Positions 28,101 through 36,012 of a DNA stretch of 64,000 nt are shown piece after piece. The notes under the pieces are model-generated. The model was not told where the DNA came from and searched no databases. It saw only the letters and a program-made list of their open reading frames with translations. This DNA is from Chloroflexota bacterium. GTDB taxonomy: Bacteria > Chloroflexota > Anaerolineae > B4-G1 > SLSP01. The stretch spans positions 1,012-65,011 of the forward strand of contig JAIOAS010000002.1 of NCBI GenBank assembly GCA_019873725.1, in the 5' to 3' direction. The translations under genes and the position numbers were made by a program. Each line of letters opens with the position of its first letter. The first letter of the stretch is position 1.

Positions 28101-29564
28101 GAAGATCGTGTCGTCCACGTAAGCGCCCCGGCGCAGAAAACCTCGCGGTCCGCTTTCCAGGACGGGGCCGTCCGTGTCGCCGTAGTAGTTGGCCCCGACC
28201 GGGATTTTGTTCTGGCAAAGCCAGGTACCTTCGGTCACCAGCGCCCGGCTGCCCAGGAAGCTGTTGGTCTCGAACGTGGGTGTGGGAGTCTCGCCGAAAT
28301 AGCAGAACCCACTCAGCGCGACTGCATCCATGAACACGTTGCCCTGAAAGACAGCATCCGTGTTTTGGTTCACGGTTACCTGGCCGGCGAAATCATTCAG
28401 GATGAAGTGCGGGTGCCCGGTCGCAGCCATGAGGTTCACCGGGCCGCGAAACGAAGAGTCCTGGATGGTAACTCCTGCGCCAGAGGTGATATACATCTGG
28501 ACTCCACCTGGAACCGTCAGACGGCGGGCTTCGAGCGTCCCTTCGATAGACGGGCAATCAGTGCTAGGGCAGGCTCCCTGAGCGTAGAAGGCTGAGCCGG
28601 TATACTCAACAGTGTTCAAGGTTACCCCTGAATCGACAGCCAACTGGGCGTCCAGGAGGCTCAAATTCGTTACGTCCTGGATGGTCACGTTGCCTTGCGG
28701 CCGGTTAATTTGAAGCGACAGGCCGTCTATATACTGTATTGCCAGCCCGACTGCTGTCACTACCTTCAGGTCCGAGCTGCTGCTGAGGCTTGAGCCGGCG
28801 CTCCCCACATCGAAGCGAAGGTTGGCGTGGGTCAGGTCGGAGAAGCTGTGCGGGGAGTACAGTGAGATCTGCGCCACCGAGATGACCGATTGGGAATCCA
28901 ACGCCAGCGTTCCATAGGCTCTGATCGAGCAGGAGCCTTCAGGCAGCAGCAGCAACTGAGTCTGGGCGATGTTCAGGGTTTTCCCCTCCGGGATGTCAAT
29001 CCCACCAGCGCAGACCACCATGCCTTCAAGGGTCTCGTCGAAGAGCAACGCGCCTGACGCCTGGTCGCCAGTCACAACAGCCTCCGTCGTCAGGGGTGTG
29101 GACGTTTGTTGCAGGTTGTTGTCCGCATCGTAGCGTTCGACGATCACGCTGAACGCATAGGTGCGCGCATCCAGGTTCGCGTGGTGATAGGCGCCGGTGA
29201 AAACATAGTCACCCCCTGGCGCTTGCTCGCGTTTCAATTCGACCTGCGCGCCGCCACCAGCCGGGGTGCCCATCAGGCGATAGACACAGTAAGCGTAGGC
29301 GCAATAGTCGGACAGGTAGTAGCTCAGATGCACGGTTTTAGGGCCGATGTAGGACGCCCCCAGGCTATTGAAGGTCGGCGCGGCGGGCTGGCAACGTGTA
29401 GCGTCGCACGCCGCCTCAGCAGTCGTTTTGTCCGATGGGACAGCTGGCGTCATCGCTGCTTCTGGGTGCGCCGCCGTGCGGGGCGCAGGCCATAACAGCC
29501 AAATGCTTGATATGCTGCTTAAGCACACAATCGCCAATGGAAGAAGGAATTTATGGGGTTTCAT
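25134..29564 (-). CDS. giant secreted multidomain zinc metalloprotease (HEXXH; M6/M64-like), beta-helix and CARDB/ASH-like Ig domains
   Basis: Signal peptide MKPHKFLLPLAIVCLSS. AVFHEMGHGIGLYNTVEQY zinc-binding motif. Right-handed beta-helix-like repeats. C-terminal Ig-like/ASH domains. Alternative upstream start at 29606. Confidence 0.7.
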   Translation of the reverse strand: MKPHKFLLPLAIVCLSSISSIWLLWPAPRTAAHPEAAMTPAVPSDKTTAEAACDATRCQPAAPTFNSLGASYIGPKTVHLSYYLSDYCAYAYCVYRLMGTPAGGGAQVELKREQAPGGDYVFTGAYHHANLDARTYAFSVIVERYDADNNLQQTSTPLTTEAVVTGDQASGALLFDETLEGMVVCAGGIDIPEGKTLNIAQTQLLLLPEGSCSIRAYGTLALDSQSVISVAQISLYSPHSFSDLTHANLRFDVGSAGSSLSSSSDLKVVTAVGLAIQYIDGLSLQINRPQGNVTIQDVTNLSLLDAQLAVDSGVTLNTVEYTGSAFYAQGACPSTDCPSIEGTLEARRLTVPGGVQMYITSGAGVTIQDSSFRGPVNLMAATGHPHFILNDFAGQVTVNQNTDAVFQGNVFMDAVALSGFCYFGETPTPTFETNSFLGSRALVTEGTWLCQNKIPVGANYYGDTDGPVLESGPRGFLRRGAYVDDTIFEVAPANVTGRWCTDTDVFPSFWLNNYLGSPFYRVLQSVGRYGTSGAGELVQGKETLLSLNLVTNDRTVNNVHVYAVFDGQTVEPTAGSSLTLHRDSIDYGRNGNNLGRSTVNFILPPTDKSAATLEVWLDTSGVTGYGGTGSLTQLSGLPGTLYFQAPPARELRIAVIPIQLPSGAAKAGPVAAVLESALPAMFPIPANRVNVRLLPPLVHKTTHWTTTGLLNSLSTQLAGRRAFLNAYAAKYGQPQDVTDFIVAVMPHGSIGGADGASMALRRGVIFVDEDKPEAVFHEMGHGIGLYNTVEQYNWPNYPDLGMPLEDVTVFLDMPSTSSATINGFFSACDAGRVCHLPGNNVYWATDNPMWYDIMGAGLLNRWPSISTVNAFRTYFGTLTPLVTATGIAGAPSAQRTLVISGQTRRVETLGTTQGYTRELCLDFELIPDTVRIVELPAPATAMLSSVSPTQSAATTAEASTSSGLPLCSYSDFSYLYLRYDDAGFPSFVLLSNAIPGRDAGRDYDAFLATVNLYSDPPQLELAYDPYTGPAIAVFSGSGPLTTQILEPVTGTTLPGSGDAVTFTLRWQTTGDMPAGQPLQNLVQYSTDGGVTWSALGLPVEGDHVVLPVNALPVSDNLALRVTASDGFRLAAGQVDELTRPNLPPTIAIWSPEDGACGEPETRWTLQASVYDPEDGIVMTGTWRTATGTLGSGPNLSGVLLPTGTHTLTYEAADSAGVMVSASVQVTVASMPTVDLALPADALRVQPPQRDPTTSAPVTLARGMTNTVVLRLHNTGAPVTATLSLYVTPPTGGETLLARSTLHLTPFERHDLSATFAPTAPGSYTFRGEVSDVVPTDTNTINNTRSWSFSAADPPALTLSPSGPLDAGQAAVGLSYARTPFTLTNSGGLDLTVRTMLFEGAAASRFRLAQDNCTLATLAPGAFCTAMVDFRPAEVGPVTTTLWISSTDPLQPQRTLEVQAVGYSPLRVYLPLVCRNR

Positions 29565-29862
29565 TTCTTCGCTTATCTCCGTTCGATCAGTATTTTTCTG
29601 TGTCACCGACTATAAATGAGTAAACGAAAGGGATATTTAATCTGTATTGTGCCACAAAACATACCGGATACAAGCTAACACTACAGCCTGATTCAAAGCA
29701 CGGCTTGCGCTTACTCCATCAAAACCCGGAGGCCGTGCCGCCTGGCTCTGACTCCCTCGGCAGCGGGAAGTGGAAATGCTATCTGATGGGCCGGAAGAGC
29801 CAGTCATCGATCCTGTATTAGCGGATGGTCAATCGGGAATGAGAGAGGCGGGGTAAAGGCAG

Positions 29863-32800
29863 TCAGCGATTCGCAGGGGGTTGGACGGCGGTGATTTCTT
29901 TCAGCAATTGGGCGGCCTGCTGCGCCAGTTGCACAAAACGCCGTTTGAGTTGTTCCGGCGACTCGCCCTGGATATTCACGAAGAATGGGTCGGTGGGATG
30001 CGGCTTTCTGCCGGCGAGGCGACCTCCCAGCACTTTGAGCAATGGCGCCCAGGGATAGCCATGCCGCTTCAGGCCGGAAATTGCTGTGGCGTCGAACGCC
30101 AGCGGGTAGCCGGTTTGCTCCAACAGACTGGGCTGCTGCCCCAATGCCAGTTCGACCAGCGCGGCATCCAGCAGCAGACGCCCGGCGCGCGCCAGCAGCG
30201 CCTCGCGCTGGATGTGCTGTAGCCGTTCCTGTCCGCGCTGCACGCGCGCCCATTCAGCTTCAGCGGCGGATTGCACCGCGGTTTGTGCCGCGGCGATCTG
30301 CGCTGGCGTCCAGGTGATGTCGCTCTCGGATTTCAGCGCCTTGCGCAGCTCCGCCAAACGTCCTACGGGCTGCAAGTTCCCCGTCTTATCCTGTGTGAAG
30401 TATCCCACCCGCGGCAACGGTTCAGCAATTGCAATGCGCAGGATCGTAGAAGGTACAGCCTTTGATGTTACATCGCCTGCGAGGTCGGGCAAACTCTGAA
30501 GCAATGCGTCCAGCAAGGGATTGCCAAACGTCAGCAGTCGCACGGTGTTGGGATGAGTGTCGAACACCTGACGGTCGAAGGTAACGGCAGTTTGTGCGCC
30601 TTCCAGACTTAGCCAGTAAGCTCCCGCTATCGTTTCGTGAGGCTGGAAGTGCGTTTTTAGCGTAGGCGCTTCAAGGATGGCGGAGGCCATCTCCGGCAAA
30701 TTGAAGGCAACCTGGTTGCCCGCTGCCCCTGTCGCTTCCACTTCGGGATGCGCGGCCCACTCATCGAGGTTTAGCTGCGCCGTTTGCCGATCCAGGGCCG
30801 CGTCAAGATCGGCCAATTCCTGTTGGAGCACTCGCTGCCGCTCCGCGTCGCCGGTCAACGCCACACGCTGGATGGCGCGCCCCACCTGCGCCAGGATGGG
30901 TTGCAGCGGCCCCACAACGTCCTGGAACCAATCGATCCGGTTGTTGAGCGCCTGGTACACTTTGGCTTCGACGGTCTCTTTGTAGAAATAGTTATAAATC
31001 CATACCCGCTCGTAACGCTGCCCAATGCGGTCCACGCGCCCGATGCGTTGCTCGACCCGCATGGGATTCCACGGCATATCGTAATTGATCAACACGCCGC
31101 ACGTTTGCAGGTTCAAGCCTTCGCTGGCCGCCTCGGTCGCCAACAGGATTTTGATCCGTTCGCCCTCGCGGAAGGCGTTTTTCAACTCTTCTTTGGTGAT
31201 GGGCATCCAGGCGTTGCCGTCCCACCATTCGCCGCCGCGCCCGCTATAGCAGGCGACCTGGCTGCCGTATTGCTGCCGCAGTTGCTCACGTAGAAAGTCC
31301 AACGTGTCGGTATATTGCGTAAACACCAGCGCCGTCTCGCGTTGGCGAAATGCGGTCCCCAGATCGTGTTGCAATTGCGCGACTTTGGAATCATGGCCAC
31401 TCAGCGCCTGCAACGCGTGCAGGAAATCTTCAACGTAGGCGATTTCCTCCTGGTACTCTGCCGCGTAGTCTGGATCACGCGCCACGGCGAGGTCTTCGTC
31501 TATATCGAGCGCCAGTACGTCCTGTTCCAGATCATCGTCGTCCCAGAGCAGATCAGCCTGCCCGCGCAGGAAAGCCAGCCGGCGATTCAGGCTGCATTGG
31601 ACAGCGTGAAAGCTGCTGGTGAGCCGCCGGCGGTAGACGGTCATCACAAACCCCAGCCCTTTGCGCTTGGCCTCGTACTTGCGGTAGAAGTTGCTGATGT
31701 ATTCTTCGATGCGCAGGTATAGCTCGCGTTCCTCTTCCCGCATATCAATCCAGATCAGACGAGGGTCGCGGTAAGGGACGTTCTCCCGCAACAATCCCCG
31801 GCGGACATAATCGCGCAGCAGTGGGCGCGTGTTGCGGAAAACCAGTCGGCGCAGCGGTGTCGTGCGTTGAAGCAACTCCGCAGCCAGCGTTTGTGCTGTG
31901 GGTGGCAGTTTCTTGAATCCGGCGGCAGCAGCCTGGGGGTCAGCTTCGAGGACCTGTTGGAGTTGCGCCCAATCGACTGCGCCCAAACGTTGTTGCGCCT
32001 TGTGCGACCATTCTGCGGAGACACCGTCCGCCGCGCCGTCCCCACCGGCCGCGCGTTCGGCCTGGAACATACGAAAGACGAAGTCCCAGTCCGGTTCTTG
32101 ACTGCGCAACTCGGTGTAGAAACGCAGGAAATTGCGCCCGTCAGCGCCCCATTCGCCGCTCAATCCAAGCAACGTGAGCAAATCCCACACTTCGATGGGA
32201 TCGACTTGCATCGGCGTGGCGGTCATCAAGAGTAGGGATTGGGTGCGCGCTTGCAAGCCGCGCAGCAATTCGAGCAATCGGTTGGGACGATAGGTGCGCT
32301 GATCGAGGAAATCTTTGCGGCGGGCGTGATGCGCTTCGTCGACGAGCACCAAATCCCAGGCGGCTGAGGTCAGTAATTCGGCCTGCCGATCCTGGCGCTT
32401 GAGGAGCTGGCTGGAGGCTAACGCCAGGTTGACGCTGTCCCAGGGATTCGGAGTGGATACGGGTTGGATTTGCTCCCAATAATCCACGAAATCCTTGCCG
32501 TTATACAGCGGGACGTTGAGGGCGAACTTCTCGTAGAGTTCTTCCTGCCATTGGCGCAGCACGGACTTGGGCGCGAGGATCACCGCGCGTTTGACCAGCC
32601 CGCGCAGCCAGAGTTCGCGCAGCACCAGCCCCGCTTCGATGGTTTTGCCCAGGCCGACTTCATCGCACAACAGATAGCGCGAGGGGTACGTCTCGACGAT
32701 CTGTCTGGCGACGGCAATCTGGTGCGGCCAGGGCGCTACCGGCGCCGTCGCTGTTCCCAAGCCGGCGCCATTGATCAGGTGTGGCGCATCCTGTAGGAAG

Positions 32801-33621
32801 CGGCTTACCCAACGTTCGCGTTCCACGGCTGAGGCCAGGAGCAGTTGGGGCTTGTGCTCCTCGGTGCGAGAGGGCTTTCCAGGTTCACATTCCAACGGAT
32901 CGCGGTTGGGTGCAGCGTGGGGCGTGTAGCGCAGCAGGCTTTGCCGCGCGGCTTCAGGCACAGGGAGCGAAATCCAATCCGGCTCGCGGTGTTCCCACAG
33001 ACGCTCGAAGCGCGCCACGGCCTCCGCCACCCATAGCCGCCCCTCATTCCACGAACAGAACACCATAAACTGTTCGTAGTTGTGTTCCCAGCCGGTTTCC
33101 GATTCGTTGATGCTGCCGCTAAAGGCGACCTGATGGCCCTCAGCGTCGGTGAAGATACCGACTTTCGGATGGAAGTAGTCGTGGGTGTCGGGCGCGGGGA
33201 GGGGCAAGCCGCCAGGACCTTTGGGGAGCACCACGCGGATGTCCAGGCGCTCGTGGGCTACCAACCAGGCCAACGCTTCCAACCGCGCGCGGAGCAGATG
33301 GTCGGTCAAGGTCTCTGGATCGGGCAAGCCCGGACCCAGGCTATTGGCGACCACATCAGGCAGGTTGTAGCCGGCTTCAATGGCCGCCACATCTTCCCGG
33401 CTGAGTTGCGCGCCGACGAGCAGGCGCATCCGTCCGCCGTTGGCGATGAGGTGCGCCACGCCTGCCGCCGCAATCGCCAGCGCGTGGCTGCTAAAGTAGC
33501 CCGTCATCCGGTCGTAACGCACGCTGGCGGTGAGGGCCGGGATGTAGAAGGTGTGCAGCCGGTCATCGCCGGGACCGTAGGAGAGGCGAAAAGAAAGGTC
33601 TGGCAGAAGATTAGCCATCAT
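29863..33621 (-). CDS. PLD-like (HxK) nuclease domain fused to SNF2/Rad54-family helicase
   Basis: PLD: YFHPKVGIFTDAEGHQVAFSGSINESETG. Helicase: LLCDEVGLGKTIEAGLVLREL, LVDEAHHARR, LLATEAASEGLNLQTCGVLINYDMPWNPMRVEQRIGRVDRIGQ. Start overlaps the upstream stop (ATGA). Confidence 0.8.
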   Translation of the reverse strand: MMANLLPDLSFRLSYGPGDDRLHTFYIPALTASVRYDRMTGYFSSHALAIAAAGVAHLIANGGRMRLLVGAQLSREDVAAIEAGYNLPDVVANSLGPGLPDPETLTDHLLRARLEALAWLVAHERLDIRVVLPKGPGGLPLPAPDTHDYFHPKVGIFTDAEGHQVAFSGSINESETGWEHNYEQFMVFCSWNEGRLWVAEAVARFERLWEHREPDWISLPVPEAARQSLLRYTPHAAPNRDPLECEPGKPSRTEEHKPQLLLASAVERERWVSRFLQDAPHLINGAGLGTATAPVAPWPHQIAVARQIVETYPSRYLLCDEVGLGKTIEAGLVLRELWLRGLVKRAVILAPKSVLRQWQEELYEKFALNVPLYNGKDFVDYWEQIQPVSTPNPWDSVNLALASSQLLKRQDRQAELLTSAAWDLVLVDEAHHARRKDFLDQRTYRPNRLLELLRGLQARTQSLLLMTATPMQVDPIEVWDLLTLLGLSGEWGADGRNFLRFYTELRSQEPDWDFVFRMFQAERAAGGDGAADGVSAEWSHKAQQRLGAVDWAQLQQVLEADPQAAAAGFKKLPPTAQTLAAELLQRTTPLRRLVFRNTRPLLRDYVRRGLLRENVPYRDPRLIWIDMREEERELYLRIEEYISNFYRKYEAKRKGLGFVMTVYRRRLTSSFHAVQCSLNRRLAFLRGQADLLWDDDDLEQDVLALDIDEDLAVARDPDYAAEYQEEIAYVEDFLHALQALSGHDSKVAQLQHDLGTAFRQRETALVFTQYTDTLDFLREQLRQQYGSQVACYSGRGGEWWDGNAWMPITKEELKNAFREGERIKILLATEAASEGLNLQTCGVLINYDMPWNPMRVEQRIGRVDRIGQRYERVWIYNYFYKETVEAKVYQALNNRIDWFQDVVGPLQPILAQVGRAIQRVALTGDAERQRVLQQELADLDAALDRQTAQLNLDEWAAHPEVEATGAAGNQVAFNLPEMASAILEAPTLKTHFQPHETIAGAYWLSLEGAQTAVTFDRQVFDTHPNTVRLLTFGNPLLDALLQSLPDLAGDVTSKAVPSTILRIAIAEPLPRVGYFTQDKTGNLQPVGRLAELRKALKSESDITWTPAQIAAAQTAVQSAAEAEWARVQRGQERLQHIQREALLARAGRLLLDAALVELALGQQPSLLEQTGYPLAFDATAISGLKRHGYPWAPLLKVLGGRLAGRKPHPTDPFFVNIQGESPEQLKRRFVQLAQQAAQLLKEITAVQPPANR

Positions 33622-34283
33622 TCTCGCTGAGGTTGTCTGTGTTCACAACCATTTTGGTCACACACTACCATTTCTAAGAAATATGCCAGGCTCCGATTCC
33701 TTTGCGCAGCTGTTGCTAACATTTGCATTTGTTCGGCGATCTCACCGGATTTCGATTTTTCGTACCGTACCCGTTTGGTATCCCGAGTGCCTTTTTCTTT
33801 GGCCACCTGACGAATAATATGGGTAATGGTTTCCTCCGCTTGAGACGGAGTATAGCCTTCTGTTTGCCCGCTTTGCTGGGGAGTATATCTGCTACCTCTA
33901 TTCCCAGCTTGAAAGCGTACAATCGCCTGCGTGTCGGTTAAGAGCCAACATTCAAGACAACTATGCGCCACAATTAACCCTACTATCATATCCTTTGGTG
34001 GGTCTTCGCAAAGTTCATCAAATGCTTGTGTAATCCGTCGCAGTAGGGCACGTTTGCTCGGATCATGAGGTTCTTGATCAACAACAAACATAACACAGTT
34101 ACACTGCTTATGCTGCGCGCTCGCTACCACCTTTTGCATCTTGGCAACGGTTTCTATTTCGTCTACTGAGTGAAACTCGACAAAAACGTGTGTGTTTATG
34201 CCATACTGCCGTCGCCAGTTTTCGGCCAGAATTTTGTAGGCAGCATTGCTCGAATCATCTACGGAGAGCAGTAAGCCCATCAA
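33618..34283 (-). CDS. DUF4276-like protein (putative Toprim/OLD-like partner of AAA_21 ATPase)
   Basis: 221-aa low-GC gene translationally coupled on both sides. Acidic/His-rich motifs (FVVDQEPHD, CLECWLL). Assignment to DUF4276 is from memory of the family consensus; low certainty. Confidence 0.4.
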   Translation of the reverse strand: MMGLLLSVDDSSNAAYKILAENWRRQYGINTHVFVEFHSVDEIETVAKMQKVVASAQHKQCNCVMFVVDQEPHDPSKRALLRRITQAFDELCEDPPKDMIVGLIVAHSCLECWLLTDTQAIVRFQAGNRGSRYTPQQSGQTEGYTPSQAEETITHIIRQVAKEKGTRDTKRVRYEKSKSGEIAEQMQMLATAAQRNRSLAYFLEMVVCDQNGCEHRQPQRE

Positions 34284-35998
34284 AACACCCCCTGATCCAA
34301 GATGTTTTTACGGGTCAGGTCGCCTAACCGATATTCATCCAGCCACGGCGCAAATTCTTCCGCCGTAACCGGCTCAAATGTGGTTTTTCCTTCTTCATCC
34401 CGTCGCGCAATGAACACTTGGAGATAGGATGCCTCTGCACGTAAATCAAAGCAATCCATAAAGTCGGGGCTGTGGGTCGTAATGACGATTTGTGGTCGCC
34501 GAAACTCCTGATCGTCCGACTCTGGCTCAAGATCTACGACTGAGCGGATAGCGTCGGCCAACCATAACATCAAATGAGGATGCAAGCCCCGATCTGGCTC
34601 TTCCAGACAGATCAAGGCGGCGCCTGGATCGCCGATAAGAACAGCCAATGTAGAGAGGAGACAAAGCGTGCCATCAGACATGCTTTCCGCTGGAATGGCA
34701 CGGCCAGGAAAGAATGTCTCGTTAAAAGCGATTTCAGCCTTGCCGGTTCCGCCAGTTACAGATGCGCGAAGCGTGGTTGTCAGGGATTGCGCTGCGCGAA
34801 TGGCGCTATGCAGGCGCTCCTGAATTTCCTCGAAAAGATCGTTTGTTGTTTCATTGTGCTTCAGAGCGTACAAAAAAGCACTTAGATTGCCAGCATTGTT
34901 TTGTAACGCTGGTATTTCTTCTCCTATGCTTTCTGGAATCACACTCTCCCGTGCAGCGCGCGGATCAACTTGAAGGAAACGCCAGCCCTGTATAAACCGA
35001 TACAAGTTTTCCAAAGGTGGGAAAGTCGTTTCCCGTCCGTACGTTGCTAAAGCGGCTGTCCGCAAAGGCAATTTCCCTTGCACTGGAAGGTATCGGGGAT
35101 GCTGGTTTTCGGGATCAGAATTGGGGTGCTCGGCGTAACGTTCCACTTTTCCGGCTTGCCGGTCAATGAAGGCGATTTCAGGTCCGATGGAATGCAACCT
35201 GAGCATCAAGCGCTCCCTATCGATAATCAGTCTGTCCCTTGCCTGCTTGATGGCTAGTTCGTAGCGCGGCGCAAAGCGTCCCTGCTGACCGGGAACTGCC
35301 ATTGTCAGATCAAATGTGAATTGCGGTTCGATTTCATCTGAAGTTCCATACCAAAACAGATGGCGGGCCATTTCCTGGTGCCCTTTTCCGATACCCTCAC
35401 TTGCCAGATCATGAACAAACCTTAAGGCTTTGAACAGATTTGATTTCCCGCTGGCATTTGGCCCGATGATGATATTGAGTTGTTTTAGTTCTATGCTAGA
35501 GTCAAAAATGCTTCTGAATCCGGTGATATGAATTTCTCGTAACAGGGGTGAGAAAACACGATGTTGTTGTTCCACAAAGGCCAAGGCTTCATCGGCTGTG
35601 ACGAGTTCGTTCCGTCCATTTTGTCTCACCCAATACGCTTCAAGCTCTTTCTGGCGATAGGGTTTGGCGTTATCATTTCCATACACACGCAACACGACAA
35701 CTGCGCCCCTTGCAGTTTCCACCGTTTCAATTTTGGGTGTTAAGGGCGGAGCGCAATGCTGTAAGCAGAGGTTTTCCAGTTGCGCTTGCAGGCGTTCAGG
35801 ATCCGGAACCCCGACAATTTCGGCAGCTCCGGCCTCGGCAGTTCCGGTCACGCCAAAAATGATCCATCCCTCAAAAACGCCGTTGGCGAACGCAATAACG
35901 GCAGGGAGCACCGCGGATACAGAGGTAAAGTCAGTTTTGAATGCGGTCCATCTGTTTTCACCCGCACTTATCCGCTCCCGTAAAACCTCCTCAATCAC
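34280..35998 (-). CDS. AlbA_2/Schlafen-like DNA-binding domain fused to AAA_21 (ABC/OLD-type) ATPase
   Basis: N-terminus LPAVIAFANGVFEGWIIFGVTGTAE (AlbA_2-like). Walker A NIIIGPNASGKSNLFKALRF. Walker B/D-loop ALICLEEPDRGLHPHLMLWLADAI. Confidence 0.6.
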   Translation of the reverse strand: MIEEVLRERISAGENRWTAFKTDFTSVSAVLPAVIAFANGVFEGWIIFGVTGTAEAGAAEIVGVPDPERLQAQLENLCLQHCAPPLTPKIETVETARGAVVVLRVYGNDNAKPYRQKELEAYWVRQNGRNELVTADEALAFVEQQHRVFSPLLREIHITGFRSIFDSSIELKQLNIIIGPNASGKSNLFKALRFVHDLASEGIGKGHQEMARHLFWYGTSDEIEPQFTFDLTMAVPGQQGRFAPRYELAIKQARDRLIIDRERLMLRLHSIGPEIAFIDRQAGKVERYAEHPNSDPENQHPRYLPVQGKLPLRTAALATYGRETTFPPLENLYRFIQGWRFLQVDPRAARESVIPESIGEEIPALQNNAGNLSAFLYALKHNETTNDLFEEIQERLHSAIRAAQSLTTTLRASVTGGTGKAEIAFNETFFPGRAIPAESMSDGTLCLLSTLAVLIGDPGAALICLEEPDRGLHPHLMLWLADAIRSVVDLEPESDDQEFRRPQIVITTHSPDFMDCFDLRAEASYLQVFIARRDEEGKTTFEPVTAEEFAPWLDEYRLGDLTRKNILDQGVF

Positions 35999-36012
35999 AT
36001 CTGGCCTCCTTC

